IMG/VR virus record: IMGVR_UViG_3300042890_002964
Location: 1 to 29,348 of that record
Direction: 5' to 3' (one strand)
Origin: a virus
Lineage: Duplodnaviria > Caudoviricetes
DNA: 29,348 bases
Shown: piece after piece, positions 1 to 8,381 of the stretch
How the letters are laid out: every line of letters begins with the position of its first letter
Position numbering within the stretch: the first letter of the stretch is position 1
Notes under the pieces: generated by a model
Told to the model about the DNA's origin: nothing
Database searches by the model: none
Seen by the model: the letters and a program-made list of their open reading frames with translations, nothing else
Translations under genes and position numbers: made by a program

Positions 1-83
1 TAAAATGGGCTTATCTCTCTTTCATTAAGAGAAATCCCTTTATTTTTTAAAAAATCTGAAAAATGTAATACTTCGTTCACTGA

Positions 84-117
84 AAAAGCTTTCCTTTATA
101 TATCCAGGAAAGCTTTT
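84..117 (-). terminator. Perfect 12-bp inverted repeat, probable intrinsic terminator
   Basis: aaaagctttcct (84-95) and aggaaagctttt (106-117) with a 10-nt loop, about 30 nt after the exonuclease stop. Confidence 0.7.
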
Positions 118-145
118 AATGTATTTGGTGTTTGTGATATTTATT

Positions 146-847
146 CTAGAAGCAGATCTTTTCCATGACTAGCATCACAGCTCTCACATCAGCTTCACAA
201 TATGCGGATATTTTTTCATAATCTTTTTCTATCCAAAAAGTATCATTTACTTTTGAGCCATCCAGGTCTCCTTTTGGTGAATCTATCCCAAGCGAGCACG
301 TGAGAAGATCCAAGCTAAGGTACTTTTGCTGAATCCAACTTCCGAATGCAAAGATCTCTGATGTATCCATATAGGGAACTTCCCATGGTTTCTTATCCCA
401 GATTTGTATATTACCCGAAGGGTTTATACCATTATAGATCATTCTCTTGCCTAAGCATGGCACATCAAATCCCTTAATATTATGTCCACAAAGTTTCCAA
501 TTCTTTGCCATTGCATTATTAAGCACCTTGTTTGTTTTGGTAAGTATGTCAATTTCGTCGCTTCCTGAAAATGACATGAACTTCTGTTCACCGTCGTCAT
601 TGAATGTTCCAAACGAAACGCACACTACTCTCGAAAATTCTGGTTCCAAACCTGCTTTCTGTTTGTATATTACCTCGGGAGCTGCATCAGCTAATGCTGG
701 ATATGCTCCTCTATAATAATCCTCTCTTTTTTTCCACATCGAAAAAAGTCTATCATTACCAGATTCCAAATCTGATAGTGTCGGATAAACTCCGGCAGTC
801 TCAACATCGAAATATAAGAACTTCTGTATAACCTCTTTTTTAAACAT
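146..847 (-). CDS. Stand-alone DEDD 3'-5' exonuclease (PolB exonuclease-like)
   Basis: ExoI FDVET, ExoII GHNIKGFD and ExoIII YCEADV motifs. Confidence 0.85.
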   Translation of the reverse strand: MFKKEVIQKFLYFDVETAGVYPTLSDLESGNDRLFSMWKKREDYYRGAYPALADAAPEVIYKQKAGLEPEFSRVVCVSFGTFNDDGEQKFMSFSGSDEIDILTKTNKVLNNAMAKNWKLCGHNIKGFDVPCLGKRMIYNGINPSGNIQIWDKKPWEVPYMDTSEIFAFGSWIQQKYLSLDLLTCSLGIDSPKGDLDGSKVNDTFWIEKDYEKISAYCEADVRAVMLVMEKICF

Positions 848-861
848 CTCTTTATTTTTTA

Positions 862-892
862 CAAATATAATACCAGTATCCGGTATAAAAAA
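862..892 (-). promoter_or_regulatory. Bacteroidota-type host-sigma promoter (TATATTTG) with upstream T-tract
   Basis: TAnnTTTG at 862-869, 14 nt before the ATG; same T-tract spacing as the sites at 7340 and 21240. Confidence 0.7.
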
Positions 893-1795
893 TTATTTCT
901 TGCTTATTTTATTTATTACCACGGGGGGAAGTGATTTCTGATTTTTGATATAATCGATGTATGTCAATTCCCTGCCAGGAGAATCTATAATAATATCACA
1001 GTCCAAACCAAAAGTTGGGATTCTTCTGGTTAGTTTATTTGTAGGGGTTGGTGATAAAGAAATTCCATGTGCATCTATATCAGATGACTCACCATGGATA
1101 AAGAATGGTCTTTCCCCGCTTTTCCAGGTGGAACTTGCTAAAAATAAGGCTTCCCTTATACTAAGTCCACCAGCATTAAATTGATGGGGAAGTGATCTAA
1201 AACATAATGGTATTCCTGATTCGTAGTAAATACCAGATAAAAGATCAGTTATGGAAAATAAACTTGGTTTTTCATCATTCATTACACATAGTTTTTCCGA
1301 TGTTGTTTTATCTAGCAATAGTACCCTATCACAAAACGACTTCATGGTGTTCCTCCTATTACCATAAGCTGAACCAACTCTAACTATAATTGATGGGTAA
1401 TTGACTCCAAGAAGATCTAATATCGATGATAGTATATTAAGGAGTCTTATCGTATTTGTTTTTACTGGATCTAACTGGCTTCCTAAGAAATAATCCTTGC
1501 CTATAAAAAAACATATTCTGAGATCATTCTTATTTATTAGCCCATTAATATCATTTATTCTGGAGGATATCTCGGGATCTTCCTCCTCTATGGTATCAAG
1601 AAAAAAGTCTGGACTTAAATCAAGTTCATTTATATCTAAACATATAACTTTGGATGATATTGACGAATTTATTATACAGACGTCTAGGATGAGGGAAAGT
1701 ATATCTGAATATGATGATATAGTAAACTCACCATTTATACTTCCCTTCGGAAGTCCTAAATAAGAAATATTCGGTTGATTGGTGCCTGATATCAT
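893..1795 (-). CDS. UvsE/UVDE UV-damage endonuclease homologue with degenerate active site
   Basis: VGSAYG, NDEK, GIPLCF, GGLSIREALFLASSTW and TFGLDCDIII match the UvsE scaffold; expected metal ligands are substituted. Confidence 0.75.
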   Translation of the reverse strand: MISGTNQPNISYLGLPKGSINGEFTISSYSDILSLILDVCIINSSISSKVICLDINELDLSPDFFLDTIEEEDPEISSRINDINGLINKNDLRICFFIGKDYFLGSQLDPVKTNTIRLLNILSSILDLLGVNYPSIIVRVGSAYGNRRNTMKSFCDRVLLLDKTTSEKLCVMNDEKPSLFSITDLLSGIYYESGIPLCFRSLPHQFNAGGLSIREALFLASSTWKSGERPFFIHGESSDIDAHGISLSPTPTNKLTRRIPTFGLDCDIIIDSPGRELTYIDYIKNQKSLPPVVINKISKK

Positions 1796-1811
1796 TGGAT
1801 ACGTTTATTCT

Positions 1812-1839
1812 TTGTATCCGATTTATATAAATTAGTTTC
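1812..1839 (-). promoter_or_regulatory. Putative phage ECF-sigma promoter GAAAC-N18-TAcAA
   Basis: GAAAC at 1839-1835 and TA at 1816-1815; same spacing at five gene starts. Confidence 0.6.
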
Positions 1840-1847
1840 CTAATAAA

Positions 1848-2327
1848 TTATCCACCTGTAGTTTCTAAACCAAGTTCACTTGAACTATATACGGTCTTAG
1901 AATTAAATGAAGAGCTTGTAGCGGTATTGTTTTTATCGCTTGCTTTAGTTTCTGTATTTCCGTGATCTCCACCTTCTGCAAATTCTATAGCATTTGATTT
2001 TATTTCAATTACCCTTTCGGTCTTTTTACCCTTATTGTAAACTTGTATAAAATATCTATAAGATTTATTATCAGGATTTCTAAATGCTCTAACTATAACT
2101 CCGATAACCTTTCTTTTTGAATCAAGTGGTTGTCCTATAACAACATCACCCAGCTGGAATTCAGATCCTTTCACCGTTCTTTCCATATTGGGATCGGAGC
2201 CAACAGAAACGGAAAGGTCCGCAAATGGCTTATAGTTTATTTTAAATACACCATTAGCACTTCCGTACCCATAGCTATCGCCAAAGGCATTAGAATCAAA
2301 TTCGTTTATAGATTTTACATATTTCAT
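1848..2327 (-). CDS. Hypothetical protein, possible capsid-internal protein with SH3/KOW-like segment
   Basis: N-terminus MKYVKSINEF; beta segment FQLGDVVIG...GVIVR; late-motif variant GATACATA at 2333-2340. Confidence 0.6.
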   Translation of the reverse strand: MKYVKSINEFDSNAFGDSYGYGSANGVFKINYKPFADLSVSVGSDPNMERTVKGSEFQLGDVVIGQPLDSKRKVIGVIVRAFRNPDNKSYRYFIQVYNKGKKTERVIEIKSNAIEFAEGGDHGNTETKASDKNNTATSSSFNSKTVYSSSELGLETTGG

Positions 2328-2343
2328 TAATGTATGTATCCGA

Positions 2344-2880
2344 TTACTCGTTGTTATTTTGCAACTTTATAACATCTCTTATTTTTGATGCTAATTCATA
2401 CTGTTCTTTCTCCAATGCTTTTCTTAGCATCATCTCCAGTTTAATCTCATCAGATTCTTCGCTCTTTGAATCTTTTAATAGTGAATTTTCAATAGCGCAG
2501 ATTCTCTGTGGTGAATATATTACTTCCAAGGTGGAATCCAATATGATATTATCCATATCATCGCCTTCATCGTCGTCCATTTGTTCTTTTAACTGGTTAA
2601 GGTATTCTTCAGACCATTGGGCATTAGTCCAAAATATCATCCAATAACCGTATATTAACTCATTTAGATCATTATCTATAACGTATTTTAGCAGGCTTTT
2701 TAACTCATTCTTTATATCCAGCTTTGTTATTCCGTCGGAGAATGATTTTCTTTTGAGACCAGGTATTGCAGAAATACCGTCACCAACACCGTGCTTGAAG
2801 CATTTGTTGACCTCGTAAATAGAGTCCCAGTCTAAACTAGCAATCACCTTATCTATAAGTTTATTGTTTTCTTTTCTCAT
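2344..2880 (-). CDS. Protein with C-terminal UVR (UvrB/UvrC) coiled-coil motif
   Basis: C-terminal LRKALEKEQYELASKIRDVI; GATATATA at 2886-2893 directly upstream. Confidence 0.7.
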   Translation of the reverse strand: MRKENNKLIDKVIASLDWDSIYEVNKCFKHGVGDGISAIPGLKRKSFSDGITKLDIKNELKSLLKYVIDNDLNELIYGYWMIFWTNAQWSEEYLNQLKEQMDDDEGDDMDNIILDSTLEVIYSPQRICAIENSLLKDSKSEESDEIKLEMMLRKALEKEQYELASKIRDVIKLQNNNE

Positions 2881-2894
2881 CTTCCTATATATCT

Positions 2895-3317
2895 CTATTT
2901 TTGGATACCAACTTGCTCGCCGACATCAATGATCCATGCCTGATATCTATCCGGATAAAATTTCTTTATTTGAGAAAGATCTCTACTAGTAACTTTATAT
3001 TTTTCCCTTATAAACCTTTCTATCTCGGGATAATCCTTTACTGAATCATCCTTCTCGATCTTATCTGATTTTTTTGTTTTGGTATAGATCCAAGTGGGTG
3101 GTTTGCTAAATCTGTGTGATAAAGTGTCTCTCCACCAATCAACTACTGGAGGTGGAGATATTTTTAATTTATTGAATTGATTAGCCTGTATGGGAAATTG
3201 TATAGACATTATCCGATTTATCATAAAGAAATTTCGGGATTTGTCTATTTTTCCTACAGATTTCCATGTTTTGTTGTTTGTGGAAAATATATTTTTTACT
3301 ATATCAAATAGTTGCAT
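2895..3317 (-). CDS. Probable clamp loader small subunit (T4 gp62-like)
   Basis: FFMINRIMS...ANQFN...W resembles the gp62 pattern; size and position near the gp44-like gene fit. Confidence 0.5.
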   Translation of the reverse strand: MQLFDIVKNIFSTNNKTWKSVGKIDKSRNFFMINRIMSIQFPIQANQFNKLKISPPPVVDWWRDTLSHRFSKPPTWIYTKTKKSDKIEKDDSVKDYPEIERFIREKYKVTSRDLSQIKKFYPDRYQAWIIDVGEQVGIQK

Positions 3318-3320
3318 TTG

Positions 3321-4472
3321 CTATGATTTTAAAAAGTTCTCAAACGGATCAAATCCTTTAGGCTGATATCCAGCGGTAACCCATTCGGTTCCTTCGAGAA
3401 TCTTTATTCTGTCTAATGATACGGATTTTTTTTCCATTGACATTCCTCTGATTATCTCGTCATTACATCCATTAGCAACAAATGCAGGTATCATCGAAGA
3501 ATCAAGCCACATTAACTTAAAGTTACGCAGTATATTTGATTTTACCTTATTTCTATTTTCAGTGCTATCAACTCCTTTGGATGTTCTGATAACTAATCCG
3601 CTTAACCAATTCAAAAATTCCTCACTCTCAGATGAATTAATAAGTGTTGTGAATGATTCATCACACCATTCAGATTCAAGAAATGCAGCATAAACTACAT
3701 CTGCCTTTCTTTGTGTAAAGTTTATGGGCTTACCATTTTGCTCATATGACCAAACGCTCGGAACAGAATCACCCTTATCACCAATAAGTATTTTATTAAA
3801 TATAAAAGGTTTACTATGTATATCCTCTATTTGAACTTTTTTCAAAAAGTCCTTAAATCTCTCCTTCTCTGGAGATATGGTGGAAGCCATATTAAATATA
3901 TTTACAGATTCATTCCTCTCCAGCCACGTTTCTTTCCAACCATTCGGAACGGATATCATATTCTTCTTCGAATTATTATTCCATATGGCTGTCCATGCAC
4001 CTGTTGACACCTTCGCTAATTGGTGTAAATCCTTGTCTCCTGTTATGATAATACAATTCTCATCCTTGGAATTAAAATAATCTGACCAGTACATAAGTAA
4101 ATCATCACCTTCTGCACCTTCAACTTTAGAAAATATAAATCCCATTTTTTCTAAATGAGATCCAAATGCCTGCATAAGATCAAAGAATATCGACCAGTCA
4201 ACATTTTCATCCTTGACTCTTCCCGATTTATATCCACCATCCTCTATTTCTACGTCCTTTCTCCAGCTTCTGCTATCTGCGGTGAATACTAATCTTCCCC
4301 CCTGTGGGATCATCTTTAATGATGAACAAAGATCAGTTGATACTTTTCTTATGAAAGCACTCTGTTCGTTCTTATCCTTTAGAACTTTACCGGGATCTAC
4401 ATTACCATATCCACCAAAAATTCCAAAAGTTTTGTGAAAAATATAGTTACCATCTATTAAAATATTGATCAT
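3321..4472 (-). CDS. rnh: T4 RNase H / FEN-family 5'-3' exonuclease
   Basis: LIDGN, YKSGR, EGDD, GDKDLHQL and GDKGDSVP motifs. Confidence 0.85.
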   Translation of the reverse strand: MINILIDGNYIFHKTFGIFGGYGNVDPGKVLKDKNEQSAFIRKVSTDLCSSLKMIPQGGRLVFTADSRSWRKDVEIEDGGYKSGRVKDENVDWSIFFDLMQAFGSHLEKMGFIFSKVEGAEGDDLLMYWSDYFNSKDENCIIITGDKDLHQLAKVSTGAWTAIWNNNSKKNMISVPNGWKETWLERNESVNIFNMASTISPEKERFKDFLKKVQIEDIHSKPFIFNKILIGDKGDSVPSVWSYEQNGKPINFTQRKADVVYAAFLESEWCDESFTTLINSSESEEFLNWLSGLVIRTSKGVDSTENRNKVKSNILRNFKLMWLDSSMIPAFVANGCNDEIIRGMSMEKKSVSLDRIKILEGTEWVTAGYQPKGFDPFENFLKS

Positions 4473-4477
4473 ATCTC

Positions 4478-5014
4478 TTAATGTTCTAATGTTATTATTT
4501 TAAAATTCCTAATATTAATATCATTCATACCAAAATTAGGATCATTTATTCTATGATCAAAATCATTAAAGTTTTCGAAGTCTTTCTCATCAGCTTCTAT
4601 TCTTCTTTCGACATTGTCTGCATCTCTTCTAGATAGAAGTCTATTTCTTCTGGTCTCTTCATCAATATCAAAATATACTATAAATGATTCCACTCTATCC
4701 GATGGCTTAATCTTCGATATGCCGGATGGCGTCATTATAAATAGATTTGATTTTACAAACTCGTCCTTTGTAGTTCCATATACCCATCCATTAAATATCA
4801 CATACTCATAGAAAAGATCCTTTGCTGCAAATTGATGGGCAGCAGCATCTTTGCTTATGAAATAATAGTCCTTACCATTAATCTCTCCCTCTCTCGGGGG
4901 TCTTGTTGTATGTGAGACACAATATCTGAATCCTGCATCCTCCAATAGTTTTCTAGCATAATCCTTGCCCGAACCGCCTTTACCAACAAGGATTATCCTT
5001 TTAGAATTTTCCAT
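4478..5014 (-). CDS. gmk: Guanylate kinase-like nucleotide kinase
   Basis: P-loop GKGGSGKD and signature SHTTRPPREGEINGKDYYFIS. Confidence 0.85.
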   Translation of the reverse strand: MENSKRIILVGKGGSGKDYARKLLEDAGFRYCVSHTTRPPREGEINGKDYYFISKDAAAHQFAAKDLFYEYVIFNGWVYGTTKDEFVKSNLFIMTPSGISKIKPSDRVESFIVYFDIDEETRRNRLLSRRDADNVERRIEADEKDFENFNDFDHRINDPNFGMNDINIRNFKIITLEH

Positions 5015-5958
5015 TAATCGACGAGTTTTTGTATCTGAAATATTAGCGATAGTAGGGATACCATCGGATCGATAACCTGATTCCTCTGTGATTGATGGTC
5101 TGCAACAAGAACTATAGTTCCCGGTATGATTTTTCTTAGCTCCGGCTTATTGTCAATAATCCAGCTTATGAATTCACTTCCAAGAGCTGACATAACTTCA
5201 TCAACCTTTCCCTGATATTCACTAACTATGGTTTGGTAATTTTTTACCGGATCCTTGGAAGTAACTATAAGATTATAAAGTTCCTCGTAAGACCAGCCAA
5301 ATTCATTAATCTTATTTGCATCGATAATCTTTATGCCTTCAATACTCCATGTTTGAATTCTGTTCAATGCAGATCTAAAGTCGGGATAATAGTTTCTCTG
5401 GAATTCAGAAAGCGATGTTTCGTCTATCTGAATACCAAGCTTACTAAGAATCAAGGTTACCCTTTTATTCCATTCAGTCTTTAGTAGATCTTCCTCTTCG
5501 CTGCTGACAGGATTAAAATCAATTACCTCGAATCTACTCTGTATAGCCTCGGGAACCTTATTGATATAGTTGCATGTTGCAACAAACCTTGTGTTGCTAG
5601 CAAACTTTTCTATTGTTCCCCTTAGTGCCTTATGAAATTGATCAGATACACCATCGAACTCATCTAAGATCACAACTTTTTTGGACGATTTCCCGTCCAA
5701 CACTGAAATCGTCGAGCAGAAGTCATTTATCTTTACCCTAATTGTATCAACCGAACTTTCATCAGATCCGTTGATAAAAATATGAGGATACGGTGCTGCT
5801 AATATTTTAGCTAATGTGGTCTTTCCACATCCAGGAGGACCGCTTAAAAGAACATTCTGGTTTAATCCGCTTTCAAATATATTTGATATTCTCTTCGGGA
5901 GAATCATATGTCTCAGCTCTTTCGGTCTAAGTTTCTCTGTTAATAATTCTTGTATCAT
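5014..5958 (-). CDS. Clamp loader AAA+ ATPase (T4 gp44 / RFC small subunit)
   Basis: EKLRP, Walker A GPPGCGKTT, Walker B LDEFD, IQSRF and PDFR. Confidence 0.92.
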   Translation of the reverse strand: MIQELLTEKLRPKELRHMILPKRISNIFESGLNQNVLLSGPPGCGKTTLAKILAAPYPHIFINGSDESSVDTIRVKINDFCSTISVLDGKSSKKVVILDEFDGVSDQFHKALRGTIEKFASNTRFVATCNYINKVPEAIQSRFEVIDFNPVSSEEEDLLKTEWNKRVTLILSKLGIQIDETSLSEFQRNYYPDFRSALNRIQTWSIEGIKIIDANKINEFGWSYEELYNLIVTSKDPVKNYQTIVSEYQGKVDEVMSALGSEFISWIIDNKPELRKIIPGTIVLVADHQSQRNQVIDPMVSLLSLIFQIQKLVD

Positions 5959-5963
5959 ACTCT

Positions 5964-5991
5964 TTTTAGTTGCTATTTTAAATCTTGTTTC
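5964..5991 (-). promoter_or_regulatory. Putative phage ECF-sigma promoter GAAAC-N18-TAaAA
   Basis: GAAAC at 5991-5987 and TA at 5968-5967, filling the intergenic gap. Confidence 0.6.
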
Positions 5992-7323
5992 TTAAAATTT
6001 TGATGAAAAATCGTCAGCAGAATCTTTATCACTTCTTATCTCTATAAATCTAGGAAGAAATAAAGAACGATTTCCATGCTTGTCCGTTATGGTAACATTA
6101 TACTGTATTGCAGCTATCTTTCCTATGTGTGAATCTGCATCGACGCTAAGTGTTTTTAGATCATTGTCAGTAAACCCTGCTCCAACTCTAACATTCAGTG
6201 TTTTTGATTTATCGGTAAGAATAAATCCACCAATGAACCCTTCTCTCTTTCCCTCTCCTGGATACCAGCCAGTTATCTCCAAATCACAATCACTAACCTC
6301 TTTAAATTTTACCCATGATTTGGATCTTTTACATTCGTATATCCCATTATCCTTACAAATTACACCCTCGCCCCCGATATCAACGATTCTTTTATAAATC
6401 TCTGTTACCTCGCTAGGATCAGAAAGCTCCCACATTTGGGCAAGCTTTACTGGTGAATCCTCGCCGATATATTTCATTATAGTTTCTAGTGTTTCCCTTC
6501 TTGTCGAATAATTTATAACTCCCGATCCTTTTTCCAGACTGGATGCTTCTTCAAAATCAAAAACATTGAATAGCAGACCCGACTCAATTGACGAATCAAC
6601 AGTACCTCTTAGAATCTGAGTGACCTTACCACTAACTGATTTTCTGTTTAGATCTGTTAATTCTCCATCAAAAAACCAATCTCCGTGCAATCCACTGTTT
6701 ATAATACAAGTTTTAAGATCAAATGTTATTTTAGGAAAACATGTTGCATCCAATTCATTAAATGCACGAGTAAAGTATGAGAATTCGCCATTCTTATATA
6801 GTGCTATAACTCTAACACCATCGTACTTTTCCTCACAATATATCTTATTCCATTTATCAATGGTCGAATGATCATCTGTAGCTAACATTAAAGATGGATC
6901 AGGAATAAGATCTCTCGAAACGGCTTTATTAATAAGCTTAGCACCTATACCTATATTCATTCTCTTTGTAAGAATCTTCATGAGAATATTTCTTAATTCC
7001 ATATCCTCAGTCGGATCATCCGAGATTTTTTGGGATATCAAAGTATTGGCTCTTCCCCTTAGTAAATCATTTGCCGCAGGTGCCTTTTTAAGCTCCTCTA
7101 CTAGCTTTATGAAATCATCCCAATGGTTATGATTATTGGCATCAAGATATTCATTAAATGATATCCTATGAAGCTTAGTTGTAACAAACGGATTGTAACA
7201 GACATCAAGCATATATGAAAATCTTTCAGTAAGGTTTTCCTTGATTAGTAATTGTTTTGCTTTCTGTGATCCCTCGCCGGTAAGTTGTTCCAGCTGTTTA
7301 AATAGTCTTAATTCTTCTATCAT
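5992..7323 (-). CDS. lig: ATP-dependent DNA ligase (gp30-like)
   Basis: Motif I EEKYDGVR, FDGE, EGVICK, WVKFK and OB-fold LFLPRF. Confidence 0.95.
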   Translation of the reverse strand: MIEELRLFKQLEQLTGEGSQKAKQLLIKENLTERFSYMLDVCYNPFVTTKLHRISFNEYLDANNHNHWDDFIKLVEELKKAPAANDLLRGRANTLISQKISDDPTEDMELRNILMKILTKRMNIGIGAKLINKAVSRDLIPDPSLMLATDDHSTIDKWNKIYCEEKYDGVRVIALYKNGEFSYFTRAFNELDATCFPKITFDLKTCIINSGLHGDWFFDGELTDLNRKSVSGKVTQILRGTVDSSIESGLLFNVFDFEEASSLEKGSGVINYSTRRETLETIMKYIGEDSPVKLAQMWELSDPSEVTEIYKRIVDIGGEGVICKDNGIYECKRSKSWVKFKEVSDCDLEITGWYPGEGKREGFIGGFILTDKSKTLNVRVGAGFTDNDLKTLSVDADSHIGKIAAIQYNVTITDKHGNRSLFLPRFIEIRSDKDSADDFSSKF

Positions 7324-7339
7324 GGTAGTTTATTTTTCA

Positions 7340-7371
7340 CAAATGTAATAAACTAATCCGTTTTAAAAAAA
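7340..7371 (-). promoter_or_regulatory. Bacteroidota-type host-sigma promoter (TACATTTG) with upstream T-tract
   Basis: TAnnTTTG at 7340-7347 upstream of the ligase; T-tract at 7365-7371. Confidence 0.7.
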
Positions 7372-7381
7372 TAATTTGCTA

Positions 7382-8353
7382 TTAGAATTTAAAATATTGG
7401 TTTTTTATGACATCCGAGATACTAACAGATACCGCTCCTATTTGTGAGCAAGCTATAGATCCAGCTATATTACAAAGAGTTAGTGTATTTTCTATACCTA
7501 TACTAGAGCATGTTGCGAGCGCAAACATTGCAGTTACTGTATCACCAGCCCCTGATACATCAGAAACGTTAATCGGGTAACCTGGACTATGGTGATATGT
7601 AGCAGAATCAACATACAGAATACCCTTATCAGATAGTGTTATCAGTATTCCATCAATTGACATGGCAATTAATACCTCTCTTGCTTTGTTGACTATATGA
7701 CTAATATCTAATATGTCCAATTTTTCATCCACCATCGAGCAGAACTCCGAAAAATTGGGTTTGACGTATGTGGATCCTGAATAATACTCAATGTTCTTAA
7801 TTTTAGGATCCACTATAATTATCTTGTTTCTGGATTTTGCTATTGATATTGATTGTTTTATTACATCAGGTGTTAGTAATCCTTTGTTATAATCCTCGAT
7901 TATCACACAATCATATAGATCAATAATCGATCTAAATTTTTCAATAAAAGAATTGGCAGTAGCAATATCTATATTGTCACATGTTTCGTCATCAACTCTG
8001 AGAAGCTGGTGTGAATTACCAATGTATCTAGATTTGCATGTTGTTTTTCTGGATGCTGATTTTAGAAGATTACTTAAATCCGATTTTGAATTGACCATAT
8101 CAATTACAATATCACCGGAATCATCATCACCTATAACTGATAGTATATCGCTCTGCCCTCCAAGGGTATGTACATTTGAAAATACATTTCCCGCTCCACC
8201 AAGATAATAATGCTCGGATTCCTTTAGTAGTACAGGAACAGGAGCCTCCGGTGAAATTCGAGAAACCGACCCGATGACATAATGATCCAACATTATGTCA
8301 CCGATTACTAGTATTCTTGATTTTAAAAATTCTTGGTGTATATTTAATCCCAT
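7382..8353 (-). CDS. rfaE: Heptose-7-phosphate kinase (HldE/RfaE kinase domain, PfkB family)
   Basis: GDIMLDHY, RISPEAPVPV, GGAGNV, DYNKG, VDPK, KPNFSE and DVSGAGDTV. Confidence 0.9.
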   Translation of the reverse strand: MGLNIHQEFLKSRILVIGDIMLDHYVIGSVSRISPEAPVPVLLKESEHYYLGGAGNVFSNVHTLGGQSDILSVIGDDDSGDIVIDMVNSKSDLSNLLKSASRKTTCKSRYIGNSHQLLRVDDETCDNIDIATANSFIEKFRSIIDLYDCVIIEDYNKGLLTPDVIKQSISIAKSRNKIIIVDPKIKNIEYYSGSTYVKPNFSEFCSMVDEKLDILDISHIVNKAREVLIAMSIDGILITLSDKGILYVDSATYHHSPGYPINVSDVSGAGDTVTAMFALATCSSIGIENTLTLCNIAGSIACSQIGAVSVSISDVIKNQYFKF

Positions 8354-8381
8354 TCGATTCTGGAATTTAAAAGATTTATAG

